Part shown: positions 9,871-19,485 of the stretch, in pieces
How positions within the stretch are numbered: position 1 is the stretch's first letter
Layout: each line of letters opens with the position of its first letter
Source of the DNA: Cyclobacteriaceae bacterium
GTDB taxonomy: Bacteria; Bacteroidota; Bacteroidia; Cytophagales; Cyclobacteriaceae
NCBI GenBank assembly: GCA_965267415.1
Contig: OZ253955.1
Span: 3,390,902 to 3,454,901, forward strand
Reading direction: 5' to 3'
DNA length: 64,000 nucleotides
Translations under genes and position numbers: made by a program
Notes under the pieces: model-generated
What the model was told of the DNA's origin: nothing
The model's database searches: none
What the model saw: only the letters and a program-made list of their open reading frames with translations

Positions 9871-10197
9871 CTACTTACGAAATAGCCAGTTGTTGATTCT
9901 ATGAGAGATAGAATCATTAGATAAAACCTCATCCGGAATTGTCGTGTGAAAGAAGGAGAAGAGATATTGCTGTATAATGTTGACTTCCATCTCATCCCAA
10001 CATGTCTTTTTGGTAATGCTGAAACAGTTGAAGTTCGCATTATGCTGTGTCAATTCTGGTAACGCTCTTACAATGATCATACTCCAGGCTTTTGCAGTTA
10101 ATTCTGATATGATCCATTGCTTAATGGGTAAAGCTCTATGTTTCATAATGGTTGGTTTGCCGGTTGAATAACCTAAAGTAGAATACGAACTACTCAT
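9871..10197 (-). CDS. Hypothetical orphan protein (108 aa; may be spurious)
   Basis: Only ORF filling the gap between the nrdA terminator and the kinase; no recognisable motif. Confidence 0.3.
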   Translation of the reverse strand: MSSSYSTLGYSTGKPTIMKHRALPIKQWIISELTAKAWSMIIVRALPELTQHNANFNCFSITKKTCWDEMEVNIIQQYLFSFFHTTIPDEVLSNDSISHRINNWLFRK

Positions 10198-10246
10198 GAA
10201 CTAGCGAATGGTGTATACATTGTGTATACAGCCCGATCAGGAATAC

Positions 10247-10280
10247 AAAAAAAACCTCATCGCAGGGCAATGAGGTTCTT
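10247..10280 (-). terminator. Intrinsic terminator after nrdA
   Basis: AACCTCAT...ATGAGGTT stem; plus-strand A-tract gives a U-tract on the minus strand. Confidence 0.8.
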
Positions 10281-10304
10281 GCTTTTGAATTAACACATAT
10301 GATT

Positions 10305-12707
10305 TTATGAGCCACACATCTCGCACCCATCCGGGTCATCCAGGGAACATTGCATAGCTGCCTGGTTATCGAGTTGTTCCTGGTTCATGGTGGCTGCTTC
10401 TCCCTGGGTCGCCACCAAGACCTCCTTTGGCTGTTCTTTTTTCTCTTTTTCTACCGTGAACTTGATAGCATCGGTAGCGGCCTTAGTTCTTAGGTAATAC
10501 ATGCCAGTTTTCAATCCTTTCTTCCAAGCATAGAAATGCATGGATGTCATTTTACCAAAGTTGGCATCCTGCAAATGGATATTCAGGCTCTGGCTCTGGC
10601 AAATGTATGCCCCCCGATCAGCGGACATATCAATGATCGCTTTTTGGGAGATCTCCCATACGGTTTTGTATCGTTCTTTGATATCCTCCGGAATCTCAGG
10701 AATATTCTGGATTGAGCCGTTTTCTGCTTTGATCTTATTCATCATTCGATCATCCCATAAGTTCAATGCAATAAGCTCATTCATCAAATGCTTGTTGGCT
10801 ACAATGAACTCTCCTGACAGTACCCTTCTTACATAAAGGTTAGAAGTATAAGGCTCGAAACATTCGTTATTGCCAAGGATCTGGGAAGTAGAAGCAGTTG
10901 GCATAGGAGCAAGAAGTAAGGAGTTCCTTACACCATTTTTCCTGACCTTCTGCTTTAATTCATACCAATCCCATCGTCCTGAATCCGGCTCTACACCCCA
11001 CATATCGAATTGGAAAATACCTTTTGAAACAGGAGATCCTTTGTAAGTCTCATAAGGACCGTGTTCGGCTGCCAATTCCATGGAAGTTTCCATAGAAGCG
11101 AAATAGATGGTCTCAAATATTTCCTTGTTCAACTTCTTCGCTTCCTCAGACTCGAATGGTAGTTTCATCAGGAGGAACGTATCAGCCAGTCCCTGAACTC
11201 CGATTCCAATAGGTCTGTGTCTTAGGTTAGATGTTCTCGCTTCTTCAACAGGGTAATAGTTGATGTCGATGACCTTATTAAGGTTTCGAGTGACAACCTT
11301 GGTGATCTCATACAACTTTTGATGATCAAATTTTCCATCCTTTACGAACATGGATAGAGCGATGGATGCAAGATTACATACCGCCACTTCATCCTTGGAA
11401 GTATATTCCATAATCTCTGTACAGAGGTTACTTGATCGGATGGTCCCTAAATTCTTTTGATTGGATTTTCTGTTAGCAGCATCCTTATATAGCATATAAG
11501 GTGTGCCGGTCTCAATTTGAGCCTCTAGCACTTCAAACCAAAGGTCCTGTGCTTTTACAGTCTTTTTGGCCTTGCCTTCTTTTTCATACTTTTCGTAGAG
11601 TAACTCAAATTCTTCACCGTACTTATCGTAAAGTCCTTTGCATTCATTCGGGCAAAAAAGTGACCAGTCACCATTTTCTTCTACACGCTTCATGAACAGA
11701 TCCGGGATCCATAATGCGTAGAAAAGATCCCTTGCTCGTAACTCTTCTTTTCCGTGATTTTTTCTTAGATCAAGGAATTCGAAAATGTCTGCATGCCATG
11801 GTTCAAGATAGATCGCGAAACTTCCTTTTCGCTTTCCACCTCCCTGGTCAACATATCGGGCAGTCATGTCGAAGTTTCTGAGCATCGGCACGATACCGTT
11901 GGATGTTCCGTTTGTTCCCTTGATGTAGGATCCGGTAGCTCTTACATTATGAATGCTTAAGCCAATACCACCAGCTGATTGAGATATTTTAGCACATTGC
12001 TTTAATGTGTCATAGATACCATCAATGCTATCGTCTTTCATTGAAAGCAAGAAGCAGGATGAAAGTTGAGGTTTTGGTGTTCCCGCGTTGAATAGGGTTG
12101 GAGTGGCATGTGTAAACCACTTTTCAGACATCAGGTTGTATGTCTCGATCGCAGCTTTTATGTCCTCTCCGTGAATACCAACAGCTACTCGCATCAGCAT
12201 ATGCTGTGGCCGCTCAACGATCTTGTTGTCAAGCTTCATCAGGTAGGATCGCTCTAATGTTTTATAACCGAAGAAATCGTAGTTGTAATCTCGGTCATAG
12301 TTGATCGCATCATCCAGTTTTTTAGCATTGGCCCGAATAACCCCATAGGTTTCCTTGGAAAGTAACGCTGCATTTTCACCTGTTTTCGGATTGATGTATT
12401 CATACATCCGTTTCATTGTTGTTGAAAATGAGGTTTCTGTAACCTTATGAAGGTTAGAAATTGCAATTCTTGCAGCAAGTTTTGCAAAATCCGGGTGTCT
12501 GGTGGTCATGGTGGCTGCAGTTTCAGCAGCCAGATTGTCTAGTTCAATTGTAGATACTCCATCGTAGAGTCCGTCGATCACCTTCTTTGCGATCTCTACC
12601 GGTTTAACGAAATCGGCATTGAGCCCATAACAAAGCTTTTCTATTCGGGCTGTGATCTTATCAAACTTTACTGATTCTCTTCTGCCATCTCTTTTTACTA
12701 CTAACAT
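10305..12707 (-). CDS. nrdA: Ribonucleoside-diphosphate reductase class Ia, alpha subunit with ATP cone
   Basis: VVKRDG ATP cone, [16 protein letters not shown]-terminal CEMCGS; no intron or intein seen. Confidence 0.97.
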   Translation of the reverse strand: MLVVKRDGRRESVKFDKITARIEKLCYGLNADFVKPVEIAKKVIDGLYDGVSTIELDNLAAETAATMTTRHPDFAKLAARIAISNLHKVTETSFSTTMKRMYEYINPKTGENAALLSKETYGVIRANAKKLDDAINYDRDYNYDFFGYKTLERSYLMKLDNKIVERPQHMLMRVAVGIHGEDIKAAIETYNLMSEKWFTHATPTLFNAGTPKPQLSSCFLLSMKDDSIDGIYDTLKQCAKISQSAGGIGLSIHNVRATGSYIKGTNGTSNGIVPMLRNFDMTARYVDQGGGKRKGSFAIYLEPWHADIFEFLDLRKNHGKEELRARDLFYALWIPDLFMKRVEENGDWSLFCPNECKGLYDKYGEEFELLYEKYEKEGKAKKTVKAQDLWFEVLEAQIETGTPYMLYKDAANRKSNQKNLGTIRSSNLCTEIMEYTSKDEVAVCNLASIALSMFVKDGKFDHQKLYEITKVVTRNLNKVIDINYYPVEEARTSNLRHRPIGIGVQGLADTFLLMKLPFESEEAKKLNKEIFETIYFASMETSMELAAEHGPYETYKGSPVSKGIFQFDMWGVEPDSGRWDWYELKQKVRKNGVRNSLLLAPMPTASTSQILGNNECFEPYTSNLYVRRVLSGEFIVANKHLMNELIALNLWDDRMMNKIKAENGSIQNIPEIPEDIKERYKTVWEISQKAIIDMSADRGAYICQSQSLNIHLQDANFGKMTSMHFYAWKKGLKTGMYYLRTKAATDAIKFTVEKEKKEQPKEVLVATQGEAATMNQEQLDNQAAMQCSLDDPDGCEMCGS

Positions 12708-12756
12708 AGGCTATGCGTGATTTTGGGGATTGGTTATTTGGTTTAGTTCGGGTTTA

Positions 12757-13752
12757 TTAAAAATCTTCATCTAGTGAAAACTTGGATTTTTCTCCTTCGC
12801 CTTCTTTAAGGACCCCAGCTTTCTGGTATTCGCCAACCCTTTTTTCGAAGAAGTTGGTTTTTCCCTGAAGTGAGATCATTTCCATGAAGTCAAACGGGTT
12901 GGTTGAGTTAAATATTTTTGAGCAGCCTAGTTCAGATAACAAACGATCAGCTACGAACTCAATGTACTGACACATTAGGTCTGAATTCATTCCAATCAAT
13001 TTGACCGGAAGGGCATCTGTAACAAATTCTTTTTCTATTGCCACTGCATCTGCAATGATTTCCTGAACAGTTTTTTCAGGAAGTCTATTCTTAATGTGGT
13101 TGTTGTAAAGCAAGCAAGCGAAATCACAATGCAGTCCTTCATCTCTGGAGATGAGCTCATTGGAAAAGCTCAGGCCTGGCATCAAGCCTCTTTTCTTCAA
13201 CCAGAAGATAGAGCAGAAACTTCCGGAGAAGAAGATCCCCTCAACAGCTGCAAATGCAATGATCCGCTCAGCAAAAGATCCTTCATCGATCCATCGAAGT
13301 GCCCAGTCAGCTTTCTTCCTGACACAATCCATTGTATCGATAGCATTGAATAAGTAATCCTTCTCTTTAGGATCCTTTACATAGGTATCTATAAGAAGCG
13401 AATATGTTTCTGAGTGAATGTTCTCCATGGCGATTTGGAAACCATAGAAAAATTTTGCTTCGGTGTATTGAACTTCAGCTACAAAGTTCTCGGCAAGATT
13501 TTCATTTACAATTCCATCACTCGCGGCGAAAAATGCAAGTACATGTTTGATGAAATGCTTTTCATCATCATTCATCACATCTGACCAGTCTTTTAGGTCC
13601 TGGCTGAGGTCTATTTCTTCAGCAGTCCAGAAACTGGCTTCTGCTTTTTTATAAAACTTCCAGATATCATCATGCTGAATAGGGAAAAGGACGAACCGGT
13701 CCTTGTTTTCTTTTAAGATGGGCTCTTCTACTTGCAAATTTGTTTCGCTCAT
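12757..13752 (-). CDS. nrdB: Ribonucleoside-diphosphate reductase class Ia, beta subunit
   Basis: [42 protein letters not shown]. Confidence 0.97.
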   Translation of the reverse strand: MSETNLQVEEPILKENKDRFVLFPIQHDDIWKFYKKAEASFWTAEEIDLSQDLKDWSDVMNDDEKHFIKHVLAFFAASDGIVNENLAENFVAEVQYTEAKFFYGFQIAMENIHSETYSLLIDTYVKDPKEKDYLFNAIDTMDCVRKKADWALRWIDEGSFAERIIAFAAVEGIFFSGSFCSIFWLKKRGLMPGLSFSNELISRDEGLHCDFACLLYNNHIKNRLPEKTVQEIIADAVAIEKEFVTDALPVKLIGMNSDLMCQYIEFVADRLLSELGCSKIFNSTNPFDFMEMISLQGKTNFFEKRVGEYQKAGVLKEGEGEKSKFSLDEDF

Positions 13753-14097
13753 TGTTTAAATCTTCTACTTTAAAAACAACAGAATAATTCTCCAGTTCGC
13801 ACTTTTTGCGCGAAAATTTCGAATTTTCAAATTTTGGGATACAGCCCCTAGAAAGTGGTTTATTTTTCTTGGCCGTGTCTACAAATGTGTTTAAAACAGC
13901 TATAAATTCCAAGCAGTTATTACGGGTAAAAAGGTCAATTTTACAATTGATAAAAACAGACTATAAATGCTTGTTTTTAAATAGCTTAGGAATTGAAATC
14001 ATAATAAAAACTTGTACGATTAGGGCTCGTAAAGCGGGTTGAAAAATGTGGAAAAAAAGTTAATTTTTTTTTAACCTAAGATTATCAGGGCTTCATG

Positions 14098-14128
14098 TTT
14101 GAATATTAGTACGTAAACAATATCTTTG
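14098..14128 (+). promoter_or_regulatory. Promoter of rplU-rpmA
   Basis: TTTG (14098-14101), 19 nt spacer, TATCTTTG (14121-14128). Confidence 0.8.
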
Positions 14129-14153
14129 CACTCCTTTTTTAAAGAAGACAAGC

Positions 14154-14465
14154 ATGTACGTTATAGTAGACATTGCGGGAAAGCAGTTTAAGGCAGAAAA
14201 AGATAAGTTTTTATACGCTCCATTGCACGATGCAAAGGAAGGGTCAAAAGTGAACTTTGATAAAGTGCTACTTGTCGACGATGGAGGCAAAGTAAAGGTC
14301 GGAACACCTACCGTTAGTGGAGCGAAAGTTTCAGGTAAAGTGTTGGAGCATGTGAAGGATGACAAAGTGATCGTTTTCAAGAAAAAGCGTAGAAAAGGAT
14401 ACAAAGTGAAGAACGGCCATAGACAGCAATTCTCCAAAATCTTAATTGAAGACATTAAAGCTTAA
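14154..14465 (+). CDS. rplU: 50S ribosomal protein L21
   Basis: MYVIVDIAGKQFK...KKKRRKGYKVKNGHRQ. Confidence 0.98.
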   Translation: MYVIVDIAGKQFKAEKDKFLYAPLHDAKEGSKVNFDKVLLVDDGGKVKVGTPTVSGAKVSGKVLEHVKDDKVIVFKKKRRKGYKVKNGHRQQFSKILIEDIKA

Positions 14466-14471
14466 GAAACC

Positions 14472-14741
14472 ATGGCACATAAGAAAGGTGTAGGTAGCTC
14501 GAAAAACGGAAGAGAGTCGGAAAGTAAACGACTTGGCGTAAAGATCTATGGTGGTCAGAAGGCAGTTGCCGGAAACATCATTGTACGTCAAAGAGGAACC
14601 AAGCATCACCCTGGAAATAATGTTGGTCTTGGTAAGGATCATACATTGTTTGCACTTACCAACGGTGTTGTTAGATTCCAAAAAGGATACAAGAATCGAT
14701 CCTTTGTTCACGTAGAGCCAGTAGCTGAAACAGCTAAATAA
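14472..14741 (+). CDS. rpmA: 50S ribosomal protein L27
   Basis: [24 protein letters not shown]...RQRGTK. Confidence 0.98.
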   Translation: MAHKKGVGSSKNGRESESKRLGVKIYGGQKAVAGNIIVRQRGTKHHPGNNVGLGKDHTLFALTNGVVRFQKGYKNRSFVHVEPVAETAK

Positions 14742-14761
14742 AATACAAGATTTGATAATAA

Positions 14762-14790
14762 GAAAAGGGGTTCATTTGAACCCCTTTTTT
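14762..14790. terminator. Bidirectional intrinsic terminator
   Basis: AAAAGGGGTTCA-TT-TGAACCCCTTTTTTT between convergent rpmA and the HNH gene. Confidence 0.85.
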
Positions 14791-14812
14791 TGTCTCACTC
14801 ATAAAATTTTGA

Positions 14813-15304
14813 TCAGGCCTTTGCAGGTTTTTTCCTGGGCCTTCCCGGAAGCACAGTGCCAGGCTTGAATCCATTCGAATACCTTTTCTTCCTGGTCTTC
14901 CACACCTTGAAGTTATTTTTATTCCCAACTTCAAATTGCCATTTCATGTGCTCGGATTTTGTCATCCATTCAAGATTTTCGAAATAATTATTCCGAGGAT
15001 TATTATCCTGATGGATGATCATCGTTTTGTTTTTGTCCTTATTAGGAACGAAAGCTTTTGCGGTTTCCTTGTGAGGATAAACCGTCCTTCTTTTCTTGTC
15101 GTCATCGATAAGGTCTAGGAAATAGCACTTACAGATTTTATTCCACCGTTGGCGCATAATTTTTCCTCGAAGCTTCATGTTAGTCTTGCTTCCTTTGTGC
15201 CACACCTTCCTGGTTTTGCTTCTGACTTTCCCTCGGTTTGAAATCTCGTAGTTAGAAAATCCCTTGATCGGACGCCACTCTTCTTCTTTTTTTTGGTCTG
15301 CCAT
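14813..15304 (-). CDS. NUMOD4 domain / HNH endonuclease-like protein with C-terminal AT-hook-like motif
   Basis: EEWRPIKGFSNYEISNRGKVRS (NUMOD4); HKETAKAF...HQDNNPRNNYFENLEWMTKSEH (HNH-like); PGRPRKK. ATG 15304 preferred over TTG 15322. Confidence 0.85.
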   Translation of the reverse strand: MADQKKEEEWRPIKGFSNYEISNRGKVRSKTRKVWHKGSKTNMKLRGKIMRQRWNKICKCYFLDLIDDDKKRRTVYPHKETAKAFVPNKDKNKTMIIHQDNNPRNNYFENLEWMTKSEHMKWQFEVGNKNNFKVWKTRKKRYSNGFKPGTVLPGRPRKKPAKA

Positions 15305-15421
15305 AAGTTTGCTTGTTTTCAATATAAATCTTTAACAAGCTGGCTCTTAATGAACATCCGAAAATACAACTTTTTTGGTTCTCAGGATGTTAAAAAGTCG
15401 ATTTTAAATTAACTCAGTAGA

Positions 15422-15871
15422 TTACTGCTCTTCGTACTTTTTTGAAGCGAATAGAAAGCCGAAGGATTCACCTCCATGCTTTGTATGTTTTTCATGGTGA
15501 ACGTAATGGGCACGCATGATTCGTTTCATGTATTTACTCCGAGCTTTATATGGGATCTTAATGCGACGATGAACAATGATGTCATGAAAGATCACATAAA
15601 AAACTCCGTAGCAAAAGATTCCAATTCCTATGTATAGAAGCCAGCTAAGGTTTGGATTGGCATAGCCAAAATAGATGCATACAATTGATGGAATGCTGAA
15701 TACAATAGCAAAAAGGTCATTCATCTCCAATGCATGTGGATGGACTTTGTGATGAGATCTATGCCAACTCCAGAGGAATCCATGCATAATATATTTATGA
15801 GTAAACCAGGCAACTCCCTCCATAAAGAGGAAGGTCACGATCACAATCAAAACGTTCAGCACAATACTCAT
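15422..15871 (-). CDS. crtZ: Beta-carotene hydroxylase
   Basis: MEGVAWFTHKYIMHG, HRSHH, HDIIVHRR, HYVHH histidine boxes. Confidence 0.93.
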   Translation of the reverse strand: MSIVLNVLIVIVTFLFMEGVAWFTHKYIMHGFLWSWHRSHHKVHPHALEMNDLFAIVFSIPSIVCIYFGYANPNLSWLLYIGIGIFCYGVFYVIFHDIIVHRRIKIPYKARSKYMKRIMRAHYVHHEKHTKHGGESFGFLFASKKYEEQ

Positions 15872-16554
15872 TTGTTGAATCTTGATTTAAAGAATTCGTA
15901 GTAGTTAATATTCATTAGTAACAACAGTAGCGAGTACATAGTGTCCTCTACCGGTACCGTAAATAACCTAACAGCAAAGTTCTCATTATTGTTATACCAA
16001 ACAACCTGTTCATCAATAAAAGATCCGGTCAAAACTCCGTTAACAATAAAGAACGGGATGAGGTGATATAAATAGCTAATCCAAAAACGGGATAACCAGT
16101 CTGGATTCTTAAATCCAATGTAAACGAGGAATCCACCTGTGAATAGGAAATTCCAAAAAGTATAAGCCCGACCTGTATTCAGTAGTGCAACGACGATGAG
16201 CACAGCGCCGAGTATCCATGCTATTTTCCTGGAGTTGGTGTGCTGCTTACCTCCGGGGATAAAGTACCCCACACATTCATAAATGAAAACACAGCAATAG
16301 GGTATAACCACAAAAAACAAAACTTCTTCCAGGGGTAGACTAAACAGTTTAATGCCGGTGATGTATTTCTCATTGAACCCCCAAACTCCTCTTTGAGTGA
16401 AAATTTCATCCCAAACGAGAAAGAAAATGGCAGTGAGTACAATGGCTGGAAATAGGCTTTTCCAGTTTTTGTAATAAGCGACCCTTCGTTCAAAAGACCA
16501 CAAAAAAGGAAACAACAGTGATCCTCCTAATAAAATGAAATAGAGCCATTCCAT
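15868..16554 (-). CDS. crtY: Membrane-type lycopene cyclase (fused CrtYc/Yd-like)
   Basis: Two repeats with WGFN...LPLEEVLFF and VVWYN...PVEDTMY; located in the crt cluster. Confidence 0.85.
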   Translation of the reverse strand: MEWLYFILLGGSLLFPFLWSFERRVAYYKNWKSLFPAIVLTAIFFLVWDEIFTQRGVWGFNEKYITGIKLFSLPLEEVLFFVVIPYCCVFIYECVGYFIPGGKQHTNSRKIAWILGAVLIVVALLNTGRAYTFWNFLFTGGFLVYIGFKNPDWLSRFWISYLYHLIPFFIVNGVLTGSFIDEQVVWYNNNENFAVRLFTVPVEDTMYSLLLLLMNINYYEFFKSRFNK

Positions 16555-17391
16555 TTAGACAATGAGGTTTAATCGATGTAAGAAGTAACATCGGATCAAT
16601 AACAGCAGTTTGTTGAAATCAGGTACCCTGATTCGCTCTGTTTTTATTCTTGCCGGAGGGAGACCCGTGATCTTCTTGAAAAGTGCATTGTAATAGATGT
16701 ATGCCAGGTATACCCCGGCTCGTGATCCCTTTGGGAGTTTTTTGATACCAACCAAAGCAGATTGGAAATCTTTGCGGATGTCTTCTTCGATGGCTCTTTT
16801 GTCCTGTTCGGTAAACCCATTAAAGTTTACGCCTGGAAAATAAACCCTGCCTCTTTCATCAAAATCACTTTTCATATCACGCAGAAAGTTGACTTTTTGA
16901 AAGGCAGCACCAAGGTCCCTGGCCGGAGGAAGCAATTCATTGTAGAGCGTATCATCTCCTTCACAAAAAACCTTCAGACACATGAGGCCTACTACTTCCG
17001 CGCTTCCGTAGATATAGGTCTTGTAATCCTGATCCTGATAGTTCTTCTTGTCAAGGTCCATTTCCATGCTTTTCAGAAAAGCAGCGATCAGTTCCTGATC
17101 TATCTTGTACTTATTCACCACAAGTTGAAAGGAGTGAAGCACAGGGTTGAGGCTCAACTTTTGTGCAATTGCATCATAGGTGTCTTTCTCGAATGCTTCC
17201 AAAAGTGTTTTCTTATCGTGGGAATGAAAGGTGTCAACGATTTCATCTGCGTACCTGACAAATCCATAGATAGCATAAACCGGATCATGGTACTTTTTGT
17301 GCAAAGTTCTAATGCCCAACGAGAAAGAGGTGCTGTAGGCCTTAGTGATAACCGTGCTACATTCAAAAGCTGTCTTGGAATACAGATCCAT
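16555..17391 (-). CDS. crtB: Phytoene synthase
   Basis: YSTSFS, RYADEIVD, YIYGSAEVVGLMC, FQKVNFLRD. Confidence 0.95.
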   Translation of the reverse strand: MDLYSKTAFECSTVITKAYSTSFSLGIRTLHKKYHDPVYAIYGFVRYADEIVDTFHSHDKKTLLEAFEKDTYDAIAQKLSLNPVLHSFQLVVNKYKIDQELIAAFLKSMEMDLDKKNYQDQDYKTYIYGSAEVVGLMCLKVFCEGDDTLYNELLPPARDLGAAFQKVNFLRDMKSDFDERGRVYFPGVNFNGFTEQDKRAIEEDIRKDFQSALVGIKKLPKGSRAGVYLAYIYYNALFKKITGLPPARIKTERIRVPDFNKLLLLIRCYFLHRLNLIV

Positions 17392-17393
17392 GA

Positions 17394-18893
17394 TTATTTT
17401 GACTTAAAATTAGAAAAATCCTTTTCGATCTCATTTGCAACAACTTCTCCTGAGATCAGTGAAGGGGGAACCCCAGGTCCCGGAACTGTCAACTGACCGG
17501 TGTAATAAAGGTTTTTCAATTTCTTGTTCTTAAGCGATGGTTTCAAAATGGCTGTCTGACGCAATGTATTAGCCAGGCCATAAGCATTGCCTTTAAAGGA
17601 GTGATAATCTGAAATGAAGTCTCGGTGAGCATAGCTTTTCTTCACTACTACAGAATCACGAATACTTACACCTGTGAATGCCTCAAGTTTTTGAATGATA
17701 AGATCAAAGTATTTCGATCTGATTTCCTCTGTGTCCTCAATACCAGGTGCTACCGGAATTAAGACAACCAGGTTTTCATGGCCTTCCGGAGCAACCGATT
17801 CATCAGTTTTGGAGGTAGCTGAAACATAGATAAGTGGTTTGCTGGGCCACTTGGGATCTTCATAGATCTCCCTGGCGTGCAGCGTGAAATCTTCGTCAAA
17901 GAATAGTGTATGATGCTGAAGGTTCGGTAACTGCTTATTTACACCAAAGTAGAACAGCAGTGACGAAGGAGCCATCGTTCGAGATTCCCAATAGCTTTCC
18001 GAATAATTCCGAAATTGGTTTTCCAACACATGCTGGTCAATATGATGGTAATCCGCCCCAGCAACAACCATCTCTGCTTCATAAGAATGGGACGGAGTAT
18101 TTACATGAGTGATCTTTTTTTGATCATAGCTAAATGATTCAACTTCTTCTCCGGTCTTGATCTTAACTCCCAGTTCCAAGGCCAATTTTTCGATCCCAGA
18201 TACGACGGAAGCCATACCTCCCTTTGGATACCAGGTGCCTAGCACGATATCTGAGTAATTCATGAGTGTGTAGAGTGCAGGAGTATTATCCGCAGTAGCT
18301 CCCAGGAAAAGGATTGGAAATTCCATGAGCTGAATCAGTCGTTCATCCTTGAAGAACTTTCTGACATGCTTTGCAATTGATGTGAACACATCCATCTTCA
18401 GCAAACCGGTTAGTAATCGGATATCTAGGAATTCGAGAATGGATCTGCTTGGCTTATAAACCAGGTCATTAACACCCACTTCATACTTGAATTTTGCCTG
18501 GGAGAGAAATTTCCTCAATCGCTTACTGCTCCCAGACTCGATCTTTTCGAAGAGCTCTTCCAGTTCACCCATTGTAGCAGGAAGATCGACTACATCATTT
18601 TTGAACTTGACCCGGTAGGAGGGGTCCAGTCGATCAAGTTGATAATAGTCAGAAACGGACTTATTGAAAGATCCAAAGAATCGCTCAAACACATCTGGCA
18701 TCCAATACCAGGAAGGGCCCATATCCCAGGTAAATCCCTTTTCGGAATAAGACCGGGCTCTTCCGCCTACCTGATCATTTTTTTCAAGGAGAGTCACTTC
18801 GAAACCAGCTTTTGCAAGATGGCAGGCACAAGAAAGGCCGGAAAATCCGGCCCCTATTACAACAACTCTACTATGGGAATCTTTAGTTGGCAT
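17394..18893 (-). CDS. crtI: Phytoene desaturase
   Basis: VIGAGFSGL, WDMGPSWYWMPDVF, GQLTVPGPGVPP. ATG 18893 preferred over 18908. Confidence 0.95.
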   Translation of the reverse strand: MPTKDSHSRVVVIGAGFSGLSCACHLAKAGFEVTLLEKNDQVGGRARSYSEKGFTWDMGPSWYWMPDVFERFFGSFNKSVSDYYQLDRLDPSYRVKFKNDVVDLPATMGELEELFEKIESGSSKRLRKFLSQAKFKYEVGVNDLVYKPSRSILEFLDIRLLTGLLKMDVFTSIAKHVRKFFKDERLIQLMEFPILFLGATADNTPALYTLMNYSDIVLGTWYPKGGMASVVSGIEKLALELGVKIKTGEEVESFSYDQKKITHVNTPSHSYEAEMVVAGADYHHIDQHVLENQFRNYSESYWESRTMAPSSLLFYFGVNKQLPNLQHHTLFFDEDFTLHAREIYEDPKWPSKPLIYVSATSKTDESVAPEGHENLVVLIPVAPGIEDTEEIRSKYFDLIIQKLEAFTGVSIRDSVVVKKSYAHRDFISDYHSFKGNAYGLANTLRQTAILKPSLKNKKLKNLYYTGQLTVPGPGVPPSLISGEVVANEIEKDFSNFKSK

Positions 18894-19389
18894 AGACCTT
18901 GAGAACATCTTTCAGTTCCTTTCGTGCAATATGGATTCTGTTTTTGACAGTTCCAATAGGAATCTGAAGACGCTTGGCGATCTCATGGTACTTAAAGCCT
19001 TCGAAATACATATTAAATGGTATTCGATAAATTTCTTTCAAATCATCAATAGCCTTATAGAGGTCTCTCAGGACGAAATTCCCGTATGCACCATTCTCAA
19101 CCCTGGCACTGCTGGTATTGATGAAATGATTGTTTTCGGTAGTATCAATGAAGGTATTTCTTCTCACCATTCGCTGATAATTGGTGATGAAGGTGTTCTT
19201 CATAATCGTGTACATCCAGGCTTTAAGATTTGTACCTTCCTGGAACTTAGTACGATTCGAGTATGCCTTAAAAACAGTCTCTTGCAAAAGGTCATTCGCC
19301 TCTTCATGATCCTTGGTCAATTTAAGTGCATACGGTTTCAATGAGCTGGTTAAATTATCGATCCTGTAGCCAAATTCTAAAGCGGTCAT
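18883..19389 (-). CDS. ECF RNA polymerase sigma factor (carotenoid cluster)
   Basis: DLLQETVFKA, NLKAWMYTIMKN, GFKYHEIA...PIGTVKNRIHIAR. Confidence 0.92.
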   Translation of the reverse strand: MTALEFGYRIDNLTSSLKPYALKLTKDHEEANDLLQETVFKAYSNRTKFQEGTNLKAWMYTIMKNTFITNYQRMVRRNTFIDTTENNHFINTSSARVENGAYGNFVLRDLYKAIDDLKEIYRIPFNMYFEGFKYHEIAKRLQIPIGTVKNRIHIARKELKDVLKVYAN

Positions 19390-19397
19390 GATGACTT

Positions 19398-19471
19398 TGT
19401 TTAATCTTTTTTATAAAAGGTTAAACGAATGTATAGATATTTTGTTTAACAAACAAATAAAATCGTTAAAC
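19398..19471 (-). promoter_or_regulatory. Promoter of the sigma-crt operon overlapped by TnnACA-like repeats (candidate CarH/LitR operator)
   Basis: Minus strand -33 TTTG (19453-56), 20 nt, -7 TACATTCG (19425-32); TAAACA at 19398 and 19442, TATAAA 19409, TTAACC 19418, TATACA 19429. Confidence 0.5.
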
Positions 19472-19485
19472 AAAATAATTAGTTC

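Noticed and set aside
13753-14120. Possible replication origin
   Set aside because: Only one perfect DnaA box, no clear DUE repeats and no dnaA, dnaN or gidA nearby; kept only as a regulatory hypothesis.
10305-15322. Idea that the HNH gene is an intron or homing element of the nrd genes
   Set aside because: nrdA and nrdB are uninterrupted and of normal length, and rplU-rpmA separate them from the HNH gene.
16762-17496. 244-aa plus-strand ORF
   Set aside because: Antisense to crtB/crtI; no protein-like motifs.
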